Shown here piece by piece: positions 41,931 through 56,575 of a stretch of DNA of 64,000 nt. A program made the translations under genes and the position numbers. The stretch's first letter is position 1, and the number at the start of each line of letters is the position of its first letter. Source of the stretch: Octopus vulgaris. Lineage: Eukaryota. The notes under the pieces are model-generated. The model was not told the DNA's origin and searched no databases. It saw nothing but the letters and a program-made list of their open reading frames with translations. The stretch is taken from assembly GCA_951406725.2 (NCBI GenBank), contig OX597827.1, positions 76,632,001 to 76,696,000 of the forward strand, read 5' to 3'.

Positions 41931-42615
41931 CGATCTTTCCTACTATAAATACAAGGCCTGAACTTTTTGGTGTGGGGAGAGGGGATTAGCTGATTACATC
42001 GACCCCAGTGCTCTACTGGTACCTATTTTATCGGCTCCGATCAAAGATGAAAGGCAAAGTCAACCCCGGCGAAATTTGAGCTCCGAACGTAAATATGGAC
42101 GAAATGCCGCGAAGCATTTTATCCGGCCTCATAACGGTTCTTCTAGGTCGCTGCTTTAATAATGATAAAAATGGTTTCAAAGTTTGACACAAGGTCAACA
42201 ATTTTGAGTGCGAGAGAAGTCGATTACATAACTCCAGTGCTCAACTGGTAAAGTTTTTCTCGACCCCTAAAGGATGAAAGACAAAGTCGAACTCACCAGC
42301 ATATGAACTCTGAGCTCAAAGACGGATGAAACGCCACTAACCATTTTGTCCGTCTGCTAACGATTCTGGCAGCTCGCCCCTTATTCACTATTGTAATATT
42401 AAAGAGAGGAACATTGCCTCGTCTTTCGCATTATCTCTAAACTATTGAATAAGCAATAACTCATTATTAATAGACTTGTAACTTGGCCTGTGACAACTCA
42501 CATGAGCAATAAGAATATTTGAACATTCGAATGTTCGCGGAAGTTCACTTATAGAAATGGATGGAAGATTTGGTATGTTGGAACTCTGTGACAAAAGCTT
42601 TGTCCACTGTCGTTT

Positions 42616-43215
42616 GTCATGAGCAAAGCATAAGGTTACGAGTGGTTTCCACGCTTTAGGAATGGTCCCTTGTTGCTTGAAGACCAGACTCTTTCAGGGC
42701 GACCGTCGACCTCCCGAACGAATGAAAACACCAGGAAAATTCATGAACTGATCTTGGAGGACCATCACCCAACAATTGACGAACTTGTTGATATGACTGG
42801 TGTGCTCCGGAGCTCCTATTAACGAATTTTGAACGAGGAATTGCGAATGAAAAGAGTTGCAGCAAAATTTGTACCTCGCTTGCTCATGGAAGATCAAAAG
42901 CAGTCACGGCTGAATGCGTGTCGTGAACTGAAACAGCGGTTGGAAATTGATCCTAACCTTTTTTCGAAGGTCATCACTGGTGACGAAAGCTGGTACTACG
43001 GAATTTGCGGATGTGGAAGAGATGAAGAAAAAAGACGACAGAGGCATAAGGCATCACTTAACAAGAGTTCTAGGACTGATTCCAACAGTGGAAAACGCGT
43101 CTGGACCGATGCATTACTTTAAATGGAGAAAACTTTGAAGATGACAAAAGTGTTAATAGGTAAAACTAATTGAATAAAATAGTATTGCAAAATTCCGGTT
43201 TCTTTCGGGTACCCC

Positions 43216-43219
<4 letters not shown>
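42616..43219 (+). pseudogene. Internally deleted mariner transposase with right TIR
   Basis: EWFPRFRNG, SGRPST, AKFVPRLL, ITGDESWYYG, then C-terminal FQQWKTRLDRCI. Ends CCCCCTCA-TA. Confidence 0.85.
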
Positions 43220-43259
<40 letters not shown>

Positions 43260-43260
<1 letters not shown>

Positions 43261-43760
43261 TAGCAGTATCGCCCGGCGTTGCTCGGGTTTGTAAGGGAAA
43301 TAACTATATAAGCATTTTTAGAGAGTTACTTCCTTTATAGATGCCAATTCGGGCTTTCTTAGCCATTTCTGTTTTGGTGTCTTCAAGCCATGAAGTCGTT
43401 GTTCTAAAAGAACGCTGGTCTCCTTGACAACGCATTACGACGTTGATTTCCTTAAACTCCCTTCCCCACAGCTTCACGAGGGAGGGAAGAAGGGGGAGAA
43501 GCAAACACAGGTGCAGGTGTTTGAGCGTGGACGCCAACTCCGCCGCCATCGACACACGAAAAATTATGCATTAAAATGGAATAAAAAATGATGTTAAATT
43601 ATTTTTATAATCGTAGACTCATCGTAGACGCGCGCTAATAGCCAGACGGGCTTGATATTAATCACGACTATAAGATACCCGAATTTCGTTAAACTGCACC
43701 GCAAAATGTGGGAGGAGTTAGGAATCTAAATCGTAGGAGACAGACACTCACACAACTACA

Positions 43761-43772
<12 letters not shown>
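43260..43772 (-). mobile_element. Non-autonomous Helitron
   Basis: Reverse-complement homologue of 60855-61360. Confidence 0.8.
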
Positions 43773-43805
<33 letters not shown>

Positions 43806-43846
43806 TGCATACATATCATATCTATATCTATCTATCTATCTGTCTG

Positions 43847-43909
<63 letters not shown>

Positions 43910-43914
43910 GTCTG

Positions 43915-43950
<36 letters not shown>

Positions 43951-45251
43951 ACCAAACTGGAACACATACTCTTCTGCTGTGGAAGGGAAGCATTCCTATG
44001 GTTAGGCGATCCATTTACTGTCAACACCCGCTAAATGGAGGGCTAGGCATGCCGTGGTTGATGATGCGCAGACATGCGCTGAGACTGCGACATCTCCGGC
44101 GCTTCATAGACGATGGTGAACAGGTGTGGTCGCCTTTTGTGCAACGCGCTTTCCCGCAGCTCGTCTCCTTAGCCGAACTACAATCGTGGATCAAACAGAG
44201 ACCGAGGCTAGGTGAATGGCACCGCGAGTGTCGCGTTGTTCTCAAGCAACTCTGCCGTCCGGGACCAAATTTGTGCGACTTCTTTACAACAAAGGCGTTC
44301 TATAGAGGATTGGTGGAGGGGAGGTACGACGACGTTCTCGGGCAGAATCTGGGCGTCGACGAGAGACACCTGACACGCATGTTCAGGACAACTTTCGGGC
44401 CGGGACCTATGGACAATCACCAAAGATCTTTGGCCTGGCAGTGCTATCGAGAAGCATTACCTGTTCGGGATAAGCTCTACAGGCACGGTTCGAGACACAC
44501 TGGACCGACTTGCTCGAGATGCGGTCAGAGCGACGAAACCGTTCTGCACGCACTCGTGCAGTGTCCATCCGTTTCGGACCTGTGGGCTTATGCCGAACGG
44601 CTGCTGTCACGTGTGGGACGAGTCCGCCTGTCGGCCGAGTCTATCGTGAAAATTGCACCGCCCCCTTCCCTCAACCGGGAAGGCAAGGCAGTTTTCATCG
44701 TACTGGTGGCTATGGTGAAAGAATGTGTGTGGTGGACTCGAGCGAAAGGATTAGAGACAAACACTTACCTCTCTGGCCAATCGCTCATCAACTTTTTCAA
44801 GTACCACTTGAAAAGGAAGGTGAGAATGGAGAGGCAGGTTTTGTCTCGTGAAAGTTTCAAAAAAAGGTGGGTGAATGTAGCAAAGATGGTGCGTGCGAGT
44901 GACGAAACCACTTTGAGCATGATCCTGTAAATTGTAAAAGAGAGAGAGAGAGCACTTTGCTCTCATGTGTTTATTTCCTCCCTGCCTGAGGTTACCGTGG
45001 TCTTTTCTGTAGGCTTTTCTTTCCACGGATGAACCTAATCTTGTTTGTTACTTTGAAAAAAAAATCTTTTTCTTTCTGTGATACACGATCCCTTTTGATT
45101 GCTTTTTTTTTCTTCCGATCCCTTTTGATCGAAATTTTACATTTGTTTCCTTTTTTTCTTCTTTTTCCTTTTCCATCTCCGAAAAGAAAAGCTCTACATT
45201 TGTAATTGCCCCTCTGTGTCCAGCCCTGTGTGGCCAATAAAGAAAGTTTCT
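43951..45251 (+). mobile_element. 5'-truncated Tx1/L1-group LINE: ORF2 C-terminus and 3' UTR
   Basis: ORF 43998-44930 has the RT-thumb motif GGLGMP and zf-RVT CSRCGQSDETVLHALVQC. T-rich 3' UTR with AATAAA at 45236. (TATC)n on both sides. Confidence 0.85.
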
Positions 45252-45370
<119 letters not shown>

Positions 45371-45926
45371 GTATGTGTGTGTGTGGGTGTGTGTATATGT
45401 AAAAAAATACAAACTAATTAATTACATATCAATGTACTCTTCAGTGTAAGAATATAAACAAAATTTTTACAAAGGACTTGAGAAAGGAAATAGCAGAATA
45501 GAATCTAAGAGATTCGTATTTATCCTTATGAGAAACAAAGAGATGTGAGTCCAGTTAGGTATTAAGTATAACTAAAGGCTATAATGGTTATGTGAAAATA
45601 TAAGTAAAAGAGGTTTCAGAGACGTTCCCTCTATAGATGAGTAAGGAGGTTAGAAATTATATTATATTATATTATATTATATTATATTATATTATATTAT
45701 ATTATATTATATTATATCATATTATATTATATTATATTATATCATATTATATTATATTATATATATGGCTGTGTAGTAAGTAGCTTGATTACGAACCACA
45801 TGGTTCCGGATTCAGTCCCACTGCGTGGCACCTTCGGCAAGTGTCTTCTACTATAGCCTCGGGCCGACCAAAGCTTTGTGAGTGGATTTGGTAGACGGAA
45901 ACTGGAAGAAGCCCGTCGCATATATG

Positions 45927-45975
<49 letters not shown>

Positions 45976-47301
45976 GTGTGTGTATATATATATGTATGTA
46001 TGTATATGTGTGTGTATATGTTTATGTGTCTGTGTTTGTCACCCCAACATCGCTTGACAACCGATGCTGGTGTGTAAACAGGAGTGGCTGTGTAGTAAGT
46101 AGCTTGCTTACCAACCGTGTGGTTCCGGGTTCAATCCTACTGCGTGGCACCTTGGACAAGTGTCTTCTACTATAGTCTCGGGTTGACCAAAGCCTTGTGA
46201 GTAGATATGGTAGACGGAAACTGAAAGAAGCCCGTCGTGTATATATATCTATTATATAAAATCCGTTCTGTCTGTCTGTGTGTATGTCTTCTAGGATCTC
46301 GGGCATCCTCCATCCGATTGCGCTCAAATTCTATATGTAGATACCAACGGTATCAGGGCGTGTATAAGTCTTGAAAAAATTACAAAAATCGATTCCAGGT
46401 GAGAATGCGATCGACAAAGCCGTGGGAACGTGCATTTGTACGCGCAAGTACATCAGCTCTTGCGATCGAAACTACGCGTGCGCGAGAAAAATGCACGTGC
46501 AGTTTGCGCAGAAAATGCCGGCTGGCTTGAAATAATGCCACAAAATGCAGTATATTTAAGAGACCCAAAAAGTAAGATGCAAAAGAGATATTTTCTTCCA
46601 ACTTGGCATGAAGGAAGGAAAGACTATTTGGTTTCTCAAGAAGTTTTCTTTTTTTGCCTTAACTTCGTTTAACAAAACCCAGAATTTTATTGAAATAGAG
46701 GCATGCTTAATTATTTCTTAATGAAAAAAAAACATTGATTGCTTTTTATTCAGCAGATATGATTCAGCACCGTCCATTGGATGGGGGGGGGGGGCGTTTT
46801 GCTCGTATATATATGTGTGTGTGTGTGTGTATGTATTTGTCCCCCCACCATCGCTTGACGACCGATGTTGGTGTATTTACGTCCCCCGTAACTTAGACGT
46901 TCGGCAAAAGAAATTGATGGAATAACTACTAGGCTTACAAAGAATAAGTCCTGGGATCGATTTGTTCAAGTTAATGCGGTGCTCCAGCATGGCCGCAGTC
47001 AAAATGACTGAAACAAATAAACGAATAAAAGAATCGAATGTCTATGAGGGTCCATCTGAATAAAATAGGGACCAAAAGGGTCCATAATTTTTTTAAAATT
47101 ACTCTTACTCTTTACTCTTTTACTTGTTTCAGTCATTTGACCGCCTTTTAGTCAAGCAAATCGACCCCGGGACTTATTCTTTGTAAGCCCAGTACTTATT
47201 CTATCGGTCTCCTTTGCCGAACCGCTAAGTGACGGGGACGTAAACACACCAGCATCGGTTGTCAAGTAATGCTAGGGGGACAAACACAGACACACAAACA
47301 T

Positions 47302-47336
<35 letters not shown>

Positions 47337-47871
47337 CATATATACGACAGGCTTCTTTCAGTTTCCATCTACCAAATCCACTCACAAGGCATTGGTCGGC
47401 CCGAGGCTATAGCAGAAGACACTTGCCCAAGATGCCACGCAGTGGGACTGAACCCGAAACCATGTGGTTGGTAAGCAAGCTACTTACCACACAGCCACTC
47501 CTTTTGAGATCAGCCAATTGTTGAGAATCCCTGGTTTAAATGAACAAATCGGCACCAGCCCTTATTTTAACGGTTCTCTTTCGCTTTTGGTGCGCTTGGA
47601 CGTATCAGCACTCGGCCACCAACATAATCAGTTAAGATCAGAAGCCATGAGGGTCACGGTCGGGTTCTGCACCAAGGCAATTATTATTATTGTTATTTAA
47701 TTCTTATTGCGTTTTTTTTATTTATTGTTTACACGCGGGAAACCATTTCTATCGTCTTGTGTTGTCTTTTATGTTAATGCATGTTCTTTTATGTATATTC
47801 ATATTAGCCCCTGTGGCCAATAAAAGAATAAATTATCGCCGCCATCATTCATCATCATCATCATTATCATC

Positions 47872-48050
47872 ATTTTTTCCCTTCTTTCTTCAAATTTTCT
47901 TCGGTTTCTCGCCGGGTGTTTTCCGTACACCTAGGGCAGAGAAGCTCATTGTGTGCATTCCCAGATTACACACGCAAATTGACAGGTAAAATATGTATTT
48001 AAAAAGTTAATAAATAAATAAATTCATGAATGGATGTTGTTTTCACAGCG
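47872..48050 (-). mobile_element. Related R4-like 3' UTR fragment next to (TTA)n
   Basis: Minus strand TGAGCTTCTCTGCCCTAGG...GGCGAGAAA...AAATTTGAAG resembles 32383-32445. Confidence 0.6.
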
Positions 48051-48054
48051 ATTA

Positions 48055-48115
<61 letters not shown>

Positions 48116-48533
48116 GGCGGTGAGCAGGTAGAATCGTTAGCATGCGGGGCAAAATGCTTAGCGGTATTTCGTCTGCTGTTACGTTCTGAGTTCAAATTCC
48201 GCTGAGGTCGACTTTACCTTTCATCCTTTCGGGGTCGATTAAATAAGTACCAGTTACGCACTGGGGTCGATATAATTGATTTAATCCGTTTGTCTGTCCT
48301 TGTTTGTTCCCTCTATGTTTAGCCCCTTGTGGGTAGTAAAGAAATAGGTATTTCGTCTGTCGTTACGTTCTGAGTTCAAATGCCACCGGGGTCGATAAAA
48401 TAAGTACCAGTCGACGTAATCAACTATCCCCCACCACACAGAAATTTCAGGTACCTGTTGTAGAAAGGATTATTATTATTATTATTATTGCTGTTGTTAT
48501 TATTATTATTATCGTTATCATCGCCATCATACA

Positions 48534-49032
48534 TCTTTATATATAAAAGTCAAGTTGTGTGTCTGTCTCCGACGATTTAGATTCCTAACTACTCCCACAT
48601 TTTGCGGTGCAGTTTAACCAAAACCGGGCATCTTATAGTCGTGATTCATATCGAGCCCTTCTGGGTATTAGCGCGCGTCTACGATGAGTCTACGATTTAA
48701 AAAAAAAATTACCATCATTTTTTTCCATTTTAATGCATTTTTTCGCTATTATATAAGGGAAGTAACTCTCTAAAAATGTCTACGGTGAGTCAACGATTTA
48801 AAAAAAATTTACCATCATTTTTTTCCATTGTAATGCATTTTTTTCGCTATTATATAAGGGAAGTAACTCTCTAAAAATGTCTACGATGAGTCAACGATTT
48901 TTAAAAAAATTTACCATCAACTTTTTTCCATTTTTAATGCATTTTTTTGCTATTTTTTGGCTATAACTCTCTAAAAATGCTTATATAGTTATTTCCCTTA
49001 CAAACCCGAGCAACGCCGGGCGATACTGCTAG
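48534..49032 (+). mobile_element. Non-autonomous Helitron
   Basis: A|TC start, subterminal hairpin CCCG-AGCAACG-CCGGG, CTAG|T end, no TSD; three internal ~107-bp repeats. Confidence 0.8.
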
Positions 49033-49905
49033 TTATTAATATAACGTACTGAAACACTAGAAGCTGCGGCTTATCGTCTCTTTAAAGACCATGTTGTTGT
49101 GTTAAACCAGAACATAATTCAGAGCTAAACGAACCAAAATCATTGCAGAAACGATCACAAGAGCTAAATTGATTTCGTTTCCGATGTGACACGAGTAAGC
49201 GACATTGATAAGCGAACGACAATGGCCAATCACGTATCTACCGCTCTCGTGGTCGTTTCTGAGGCGATCTCGTTTCGCCCAGCACCGAAGTGTTTTGTGT
49301 TTTAACGCTTATACGCCTTGAAAGGGATTTTCCCAGACGGTAAACCGCAGCTTCTGGCGTTTCAACAATATGTATATTATCTCCTATTTTGTTCTGACAA
49401 ATTGTTTTGATGTTCTATTCAATACTTTCTATTGCATAATTCGAATTTAAATACATATACGTGTGTGTGTGTACGTATAGATACTCTACTACTTGTGGAG
49501 GCGCAATGGCCCAGTGGTTAGGGCAGCGGACTCGCGGTCGTAGGATCGCGGTTTCGATTCCCAGACCGGGCGTTGTGAGTGTTTATTGAGCGAAAACACC
49601 TAAAGCTTCACGAGGCTCCGGCAGGGGATGGTGGTGATCCCTGCTGTACTCTTTCACCACAACTTTCTCTTACTTCCTGATTCTGTTGTACCTGTATTTC
49701 AAAGGGCCGGCCTTGTCACTCTCTGTGTCACGCTGAATATCCCCGAGAATTACGTTAAGGGTACACGTGTCTGTGGAGTGCTCAGCCACTTACACGTTAA
49801 TTTCACGAGCAGGCTGTTCCGTTGATTCGGATCAATCGGAACCCTCGTCGTCGTAACCGACGGAGTGCTTCCATCCAGATACTCTACTATATATTACTAT
49901 ATATA

Positions 49906-50240
49906 TGAGGAGACCTCCCCACTTCGGTCATGACTGACCATGGGACTGCACCTAGAAAGTTACCCTCCGAGGCACAAGTCCAGACAAGGTTGTTTATGGA
50001 AGGCCAGCAGTCGCCCATGCATACCGGGCTCCCCTCTACACACCGCCAGTGTTATCCAAGGGAAAGGCAAAGGGGCCGATACAGCTTGGCACCAGTGACG
50101 TCACAACTCATTTCTACAGCTGAGTGAACTGGGGCAAGGTGAAATAAAGTGTCTTGCTCAAGAACATAACACGCAGCCCGGTCCAGGTTTCGAACTCACA
50201 ACCTCACGATCGTAAGCTCAGCGCTCTAACCACTGAGCCA
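49906..50240 (-). mobile_element. Additional tRNA-derived SINE
   Basis: Minus-strand head TGGCTCAGTGGTTAGAGCG...GAGTTCGAAACC followed by a non-tRNA body. Confidence 0.7.
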
Positions 50241-50247
50241 GCACCTT

Positions 50248-50276
<29 letters not shown>

Positions 50277-50278
<2 letters not shown>

Positions 50279-50470
50279 GGGAGAATTCACAAAAAAAGAC
50301 GAAGACAGGTGGTGTAGACAACAATCAGATGTATTAGCATAACGCTCGGGAAGTGAAAAAGTTTTTAGCGTTTCGAGCCTATGCACTTTTACAGAAAGGA
50401 ATACAGAAAGAAACAAGGAGAGAAAATAAAGAATGTGTAGTGGCTAGCGATCTATCATGGTGAATATACA

Positions 50471-50535
<65 letters not shown>

Positions 50536-50725
50536 GAAGGGAAAATTTACGAAAATAAACAAAAGACGAAGGCAGGTGGAGTACAAACAATTGTATTAGT
50601 ATGGCGCTCAGGAATAGAAAGTCTTTTACGTTTCGAGCCTACGCTCTTCGACATTTAAAGATACACAGAAAAAAAAATAAGGAGAGAAAAAAATGCGTGT
50701 AGGAGCTAACGATCTATCATGGCGT
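50277..50725 (-). mobile_element. Two tandem decayed family E Penelope-like fragments
   Basis: Both match 16931-17090 and are separated by (TACA)n/(TA)n; hammerhead cores are degenerate. Confidence 0.55.
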
Positions 50726-50726
50726 C

Positions 50727-50786
<60 letters not shown>

Positions 50787-52155
50787 CAGGCTTCTTTCAG
50801 TTTCCGCCTACCAAAGCCTCTCACAACGATTTGGTCAACTCAAAGCTATATAGTAGAAGACACTTACCCAAGGTGCCATTAAGTGGGACTGAACCCAGAA
50901 CTATGAGACAGGGAAGCAAGCTTCTTTCCACACGGCCACTCCTATTATTCGTCTACTCTCACACACGTTTCAGCCGTTAGGCTGTGACCATACTGGAGCA
51001 CTACCATATCTATTTAACTATCTATCTATCTTTCTATCTATCTGTATACATATAAAACTAGTTTAATTCTTAAAAATTGCAAACTGTTTCCGGTTTGCTG
51101 CTTTATCGAATGGTGGTGGTGGTGGTGATGGTTGTGGTTGTGGTGGTTGTGGTGGTGGTGGTAGTGGTGGTGGTGGTGGTGGTGGTGGTGGTGGTGGTGG
51201 TGGTGGTGGTGGTGGTGGTGGTGGTGGTTGTGGTGGTGGTGGTGGTGGTGGTGGTGGTGGTGGTGGTGGTGGTGGTAGTGGTGGTGGTGGTATGAAAGGG
51301 ATATTGACAATGGTTGTGGTGGTGGTGATAGTATTGATGTTGGTGGTGGTGGCTGCATTCGTGATGGTTGTGGCGGTGGTGGTGGTAGCGTTGATGGCGA
51401 ACGTGTTGTCATGACAGTGGCGGTGGTAGCGTTGTTCCTTTTGCCATTGTTGTTGTTGGTGGTGTTGGTGGTGGGGGATGGCAGTCTTGTTGTCGATGGC
51501 GGTGGTGGTAGTGGCTGTTCTTGGAAGAGATGGTCACGGATGTGTTGTTGGTGGCGGTGGTGGTGGTGGTGCTGTTTGTGGTGGTGTTGGAGAAGTAGCG
51601 TTAATGCTGGTGGTGGTGGTGGTGGTGGTGGTGGCGCTGTTGACTGAGCTGAGAAAATCGAATAAAGGGATGGGAAAGATGAACAGGAGAACGATGGTGG
51701 TGGTGGTGGTGATGATGGGTGGTGGTGGTGGTGGTGATGATGGTGGCGGTGTGGGGAGTGGAGTTTGAATAGAAGGGAACAGTTTATAGGATTTGATGAG
51801 GAGAGAAGAGATAGGGAGAGAGACAGAGTGAGAGAGAGAGAGAGACAGAGAGAAAGCGTGAGGGAATGAGGGAGAGAGAGACAAACTTACTGACACTGAC
51901 AACATACATGAGATAGATAAATAGAGATGGAGAGAGAGAGAGAGAAAGAAAGAATGTCAGACAATGAGAGGAGGGAAATAGAGATAAAGTGTAATAGAGA
52001 GAAAGAGAGAGAGGGACAAAGAGAGAGAGAGAGGGATAGAACCATAAAGAGATGGAGAAAGAGGGGGAGGGGGATAAGCAGACAGAATGTCTGGCGTAGA
52101 GACAAAGAGGGAGTGAGAGAGAGTGAGGTAAACAGAGAGGAATAGAGGGAGTTGG

Positions 52156-52194
<39 letters not shown>

Positions 52195-53102
52195 AAGAGG
52201 TGGACGGGAGTAGAACGTGAGGGATAGAGAGAAAAAGAAAATGAGGGAGAGCGTGAGACAAAGGCAAAAATGAATGAGAGAAGGTAAAGAGAGAGAGAGA
52301 AAGTAAGAGAAAGAGAGAAGGTAAGAGAGAGAGAGAGAAAGTAAGAGAAAGAGAGAAGGTAAGAGAGAGAGAGAGAAAGTAAGAGAGAGAGAGAGAAAGT
52401 AAGAGAAAGAGAGAAGGTAAGAGAGAGAGAGAGAAAGTAAGAGAAAGAGAGAAGGTAAGAGAGAGAGAGAGAAAGTAAGAGAAAGAGAGAAGGTAAGAGA
52501 GAGAGAGAGAAAGTAAGAGAAAGAGAGAAGGTAAGAGAGAGAGAGAATGTTTGATGTAGAAAGAGTGAAGGAGGGAACAGAAAGACAAAGACGTTAATGG
52601 ATTAGAGAAAGAAAGGGGAGAAGAGAGAGAGATGGAGGAGGAGAGGATGAGAGAGAGAGAGAAAAGAAAGGGAGAGTAGAAAAAGTTTGAAGATAGGCTG
52701 AGAGTTACAGGGAGAGAAAGAGAGAGAGAGAGAGAGAGAAAAGCAGAAAGAAAGAAAGAAAGAAACAAGAGAAGCCACTGTAACGAAGACAGAGGGAGAA
52801 AACAACATATATATATATATATACATACACAGACATGTATATACATGTACGTATCTGTCTATGTATGTATGTATGTGTGTATGTATACATTATGTTTGTA
52901 TGTATATATATATGTACACACACACACACACACACATATATATACGTACGTATTTATATATATGAGAGAGAGAGAGAGTGTGTGTATGTGTGTGCGTGTG
53001 TGTGTGTGTGTGTGCGCGAAAGCCAGAAAGATTGAGAGACAAAGCGACAAAGGAGGGTGGGTGAAGACAGAGAGGAGGAAAGAAGGTGAGAGGTGGAGGA
53101 AG

Positions 53103-53135
<33 letters not shown>

Positions 53136-53683
53136 GGTGAGTGTGTTAAAGAGACGGACTGACTGATAGTCAGACAGAGAGACAGGATGAGAAACAGAGA
53201 GAACGAAAAAGAGAGTGAGAGAGATGGGAAGTGATAGGCACACATATATATACATACATAAGGATAACGGTAGTGGTGGTGGTGGTGGTGGTGGTGGTGG
53301 TAGCGGTGGTGGTGGTGGTAGTGGTGGTGGTGGTGGTGGTGAGTGGTAGTGGTGATGGTTGTAGTGGTGGTGCTGGTGGTGGTGGTGATGGTGGTGGTGG
53401 TGGTGGTGAGTGGCAGAGAGAAATTATTAGTGAAGAGGAAAGTGTATGTGAAAGAGAGAGAGAGAGAGACAGAGAAAGAAAGATACTGATCTAAAGAAAG
53501 AGTAAGATTAAGAAAGAGAGTGTGTTGTGTGCGTGAGAAAGAAAGAGGAGAGAGAGAAAGAGAGAGAAAGAGAGAGGAGAGAGAGAGAAAGAGAGGGGAG
53601 ACAGACTGTGTGGTAAGGAGACAGGGGGAGAGAGCGCGAGATGGAGAAGAAGAGGGACATGAAAGAATGTAGAGGAGAAATAG

Positions 53684-53725
<42 letters not shown>

Positions 53726-53853
53726 AAGTGAAGGCAAGATGGTGAGTATTAGAGAGGAAGGTAACGTGACATGTTTGTGTGTGTGTGTGTGTGTGCATAT
53801 ATGTATATATATACACATATATATATATATAGTCATTCACCCTGTGTCATGAC

Positions 53854-53893
<40 letters not shown>

Positions 53894-54007
53894 TGTGTAT
53901 GAATGTATATATGTGTATAAATATATATCATATTGCTATTCTCCTTACAAACGCTCTCTTTCTTGTATGAGCATACACGTGTTTATATATATATATTTGT
54001 GTATATA

Positions 54008-54069
<62 letters not shown>

Positions 54070-54219
54070 GTGTATGTATATATATATATATATGTATATA
54101 TTTATATATATGTATATATTTATATGTATATATATATGTACATATATATATGTATGTATGTGTATATATATATATATATATTCTTATATGTATTTATGTC
54201 ATGACACAGAGTGAATGAC

Positions 54220-54292
<73 letters not shown>

Positions 54293-54367
54293 TATATATC
54301 ATATATGATATATATGTATTTGGTGTGTCGGTTATCTATCCATGTATCTTTCTTATATATATGTATG

Positions 54368-54438
<71 letters not shown>

Positions 54439-54447
54439 GCATGTATG

Positions 54448-54532
<85 letters not shown>

Positions 54533-54676
54533 CTATCTATCTATCTATCTATCTTCCTATGTAAGTATGTATGTATGTGTAGAATGGTCATAAGTGTGTG
54601 TCTGTGTTTTGTGGAGCAGCATAAATGAGTATGAAAGTCAGATGGAAAGAGTAGTTCAGTGTAAGATGGCGGCGGT

Positions 54677-54717
<41 letters not shown>

Positions 54718-55934
54718 GAGAGAGTATGAGAGAGAGAGGGGGAGAGCAGAAAGGGAAGAGAGGGAAGATAAAGTATGTGAGGGGTGGGAATGGCAAATGA
54801 GGGATAAAAAGGAGAATAAGCAGCAGTAGTAGCAGCAGCAGCAGCAACAGTGGTGTTGGCGGCGGTGGTGGTGGTGGTGGTGGTAGTGGTGGTGGTGGTG
54901 GTGGTGGTTTATTGTCATTCTTATTAATAGTGTTAGTAGTAATAGTAGTAGTGGTAGAGTTATTGTGAATGTTGTTGATGATGATGATGGTGATGATGAT
55001 GGTGGTGGTGGTGGTGGTAGGAGGGTTTAGAGTGGTAGTGGTAAGTGTAGAAGAGGAGAATGAGGAAGAAGAAGAAGTAGAAGAAAAAGTAGAAGAAAAA
55101 GGAGAAGAAAAAGAAGAAAAAGGAGAAAAGGAAGAAGAAGAAGCAGAAGAAGAAGAAGAAGAAGAAAAGACGGATATGAAAATGGGAGAGGAAATGAGTT
55201 AGAGTAGGAGGCGGTGAAGGGGAGGAGAAGGAAGAGTATTGTTAAAGTGGTGGAGGAGGGTAAGGAGATATTGTCAGACAGGTGGTGGCAGTTGTGGTGA
55301 CGGCGGCGGTGGGAGGGGAAAGAGTGAGCTTATAGGTGGTGGTTGTGGGGAGTAGTTAGAGGAATTTATGAAAGAGGGGGGGAGAGGAGAGAGAGGGGAA
55401 GACAGAAAGGCAAACGGAGGAGGGGGAAGTAAGCAACGACGAAGGGGGTGAGGTGGGAAGAAGAGGGAAGAGAAAGGGAGAGAGATGGAACTGGGAAGAA
55501 TGAGTGCGTAGGGGTGTGGGGGAGAGAGCGGAAGAGAGAGAGAGAGAGCGTGGGGGAGAGAGTGGGGGGGGAGTGAGGAGACTAGAAGTTGACAAAGGAG
55601 AATTTGTGTGTGTGTGTGTGTGTGTATGTGCGTGCGTGTGCGTGAATCATCGTCATCGTCACCACCACACTACCACCCCCACCACCGTCATCGGCACCAC
55701 CACCACCACCACCACCTCCGCTACAACCACCACCGGCCCCACCACCACCACTACCACCACCACCATTTTAATGTCCTGTTTATCTCATGCTGGTATGTGT
55801 TGAAGAGGTCTGCACCACAGCTTTCTCTCCCAGAAAATCGGAAATCCTGCATTGTCACAAAAGCATGAAAGCCCTCACTTCTCAGATCTGTCTAATCCTA
55901 TGTAATGGAGGCTATTCCTTGATCCAGCGTCACC

Positions 55935-55966
<32 letters not shown>

Positions 55967-56320
55967 CAACAACAACAACCCCATAACAGCTCTCTCCGTC
56001 TCCAACTTCTCTCCATACTTCCCCCGCCACCACCAACATCTACAACAGTTTTTTGATTTACCTGGGTGCCAATATGGCCGTTGTAATTAAGAGACGAGTT
56101 AATTAAAGCTGAAAAGCTTCAGTTAGATTAATGACACAGGAAATCAAAAGAATTATGATAAAGTCATTCAAGAAACTCGCTTTCCAGCCATGAGGCTTTG
56201 AGTTCAGTTCCACTGCAGAGCATTTGGGTAAATATCTTCTGCGATTGCCCAAGGTCAACCAGCGCCTTGCTTTTGTGAGTGAGATTGGTAGACGGAAATT
56301 GTGCGGAAACCCGACCGTAC

Positions 56321-56398
<78 letters not shown>

Positions 56399-56417
56399 TT
56401 ATCTATCTATCTATATA

Positions 56418-56575
56418 CTTTATTTAAAGCAGCAGAAAATTCAACAAAACCTGCTACTCTGAGTTTCCCGTTGCCGTTCATCGGACAGTTTTTTCTAGCA
56501 AAAACTGTCCGATGAACGGCAACGGGAAACTCAGAGTAACAGGTTTTGTTGAATTTTCTGCTGCTTTAAATAAAG
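56418..56575. repeat. Near-perfect 76-bp-arm palindrome with a minimal hammerhead motif on each strand
   Basis: Arms 56418-56493 and 56500-56575. Plus motif at 56505-56542: CTGT CCGATGA A CG-GCAA-CG G GAAA CTCAGAG TA ACAG. Minus motif at 56451-56488. Confidence 0.8.

Noticed and set aside
55770-55930. Coding exon or miRNA in a unique island
   Set aside because: Has a possible acceptor but only a short unrecognisable peptide; no match to miRNAs I recognise and no clean hairpin.
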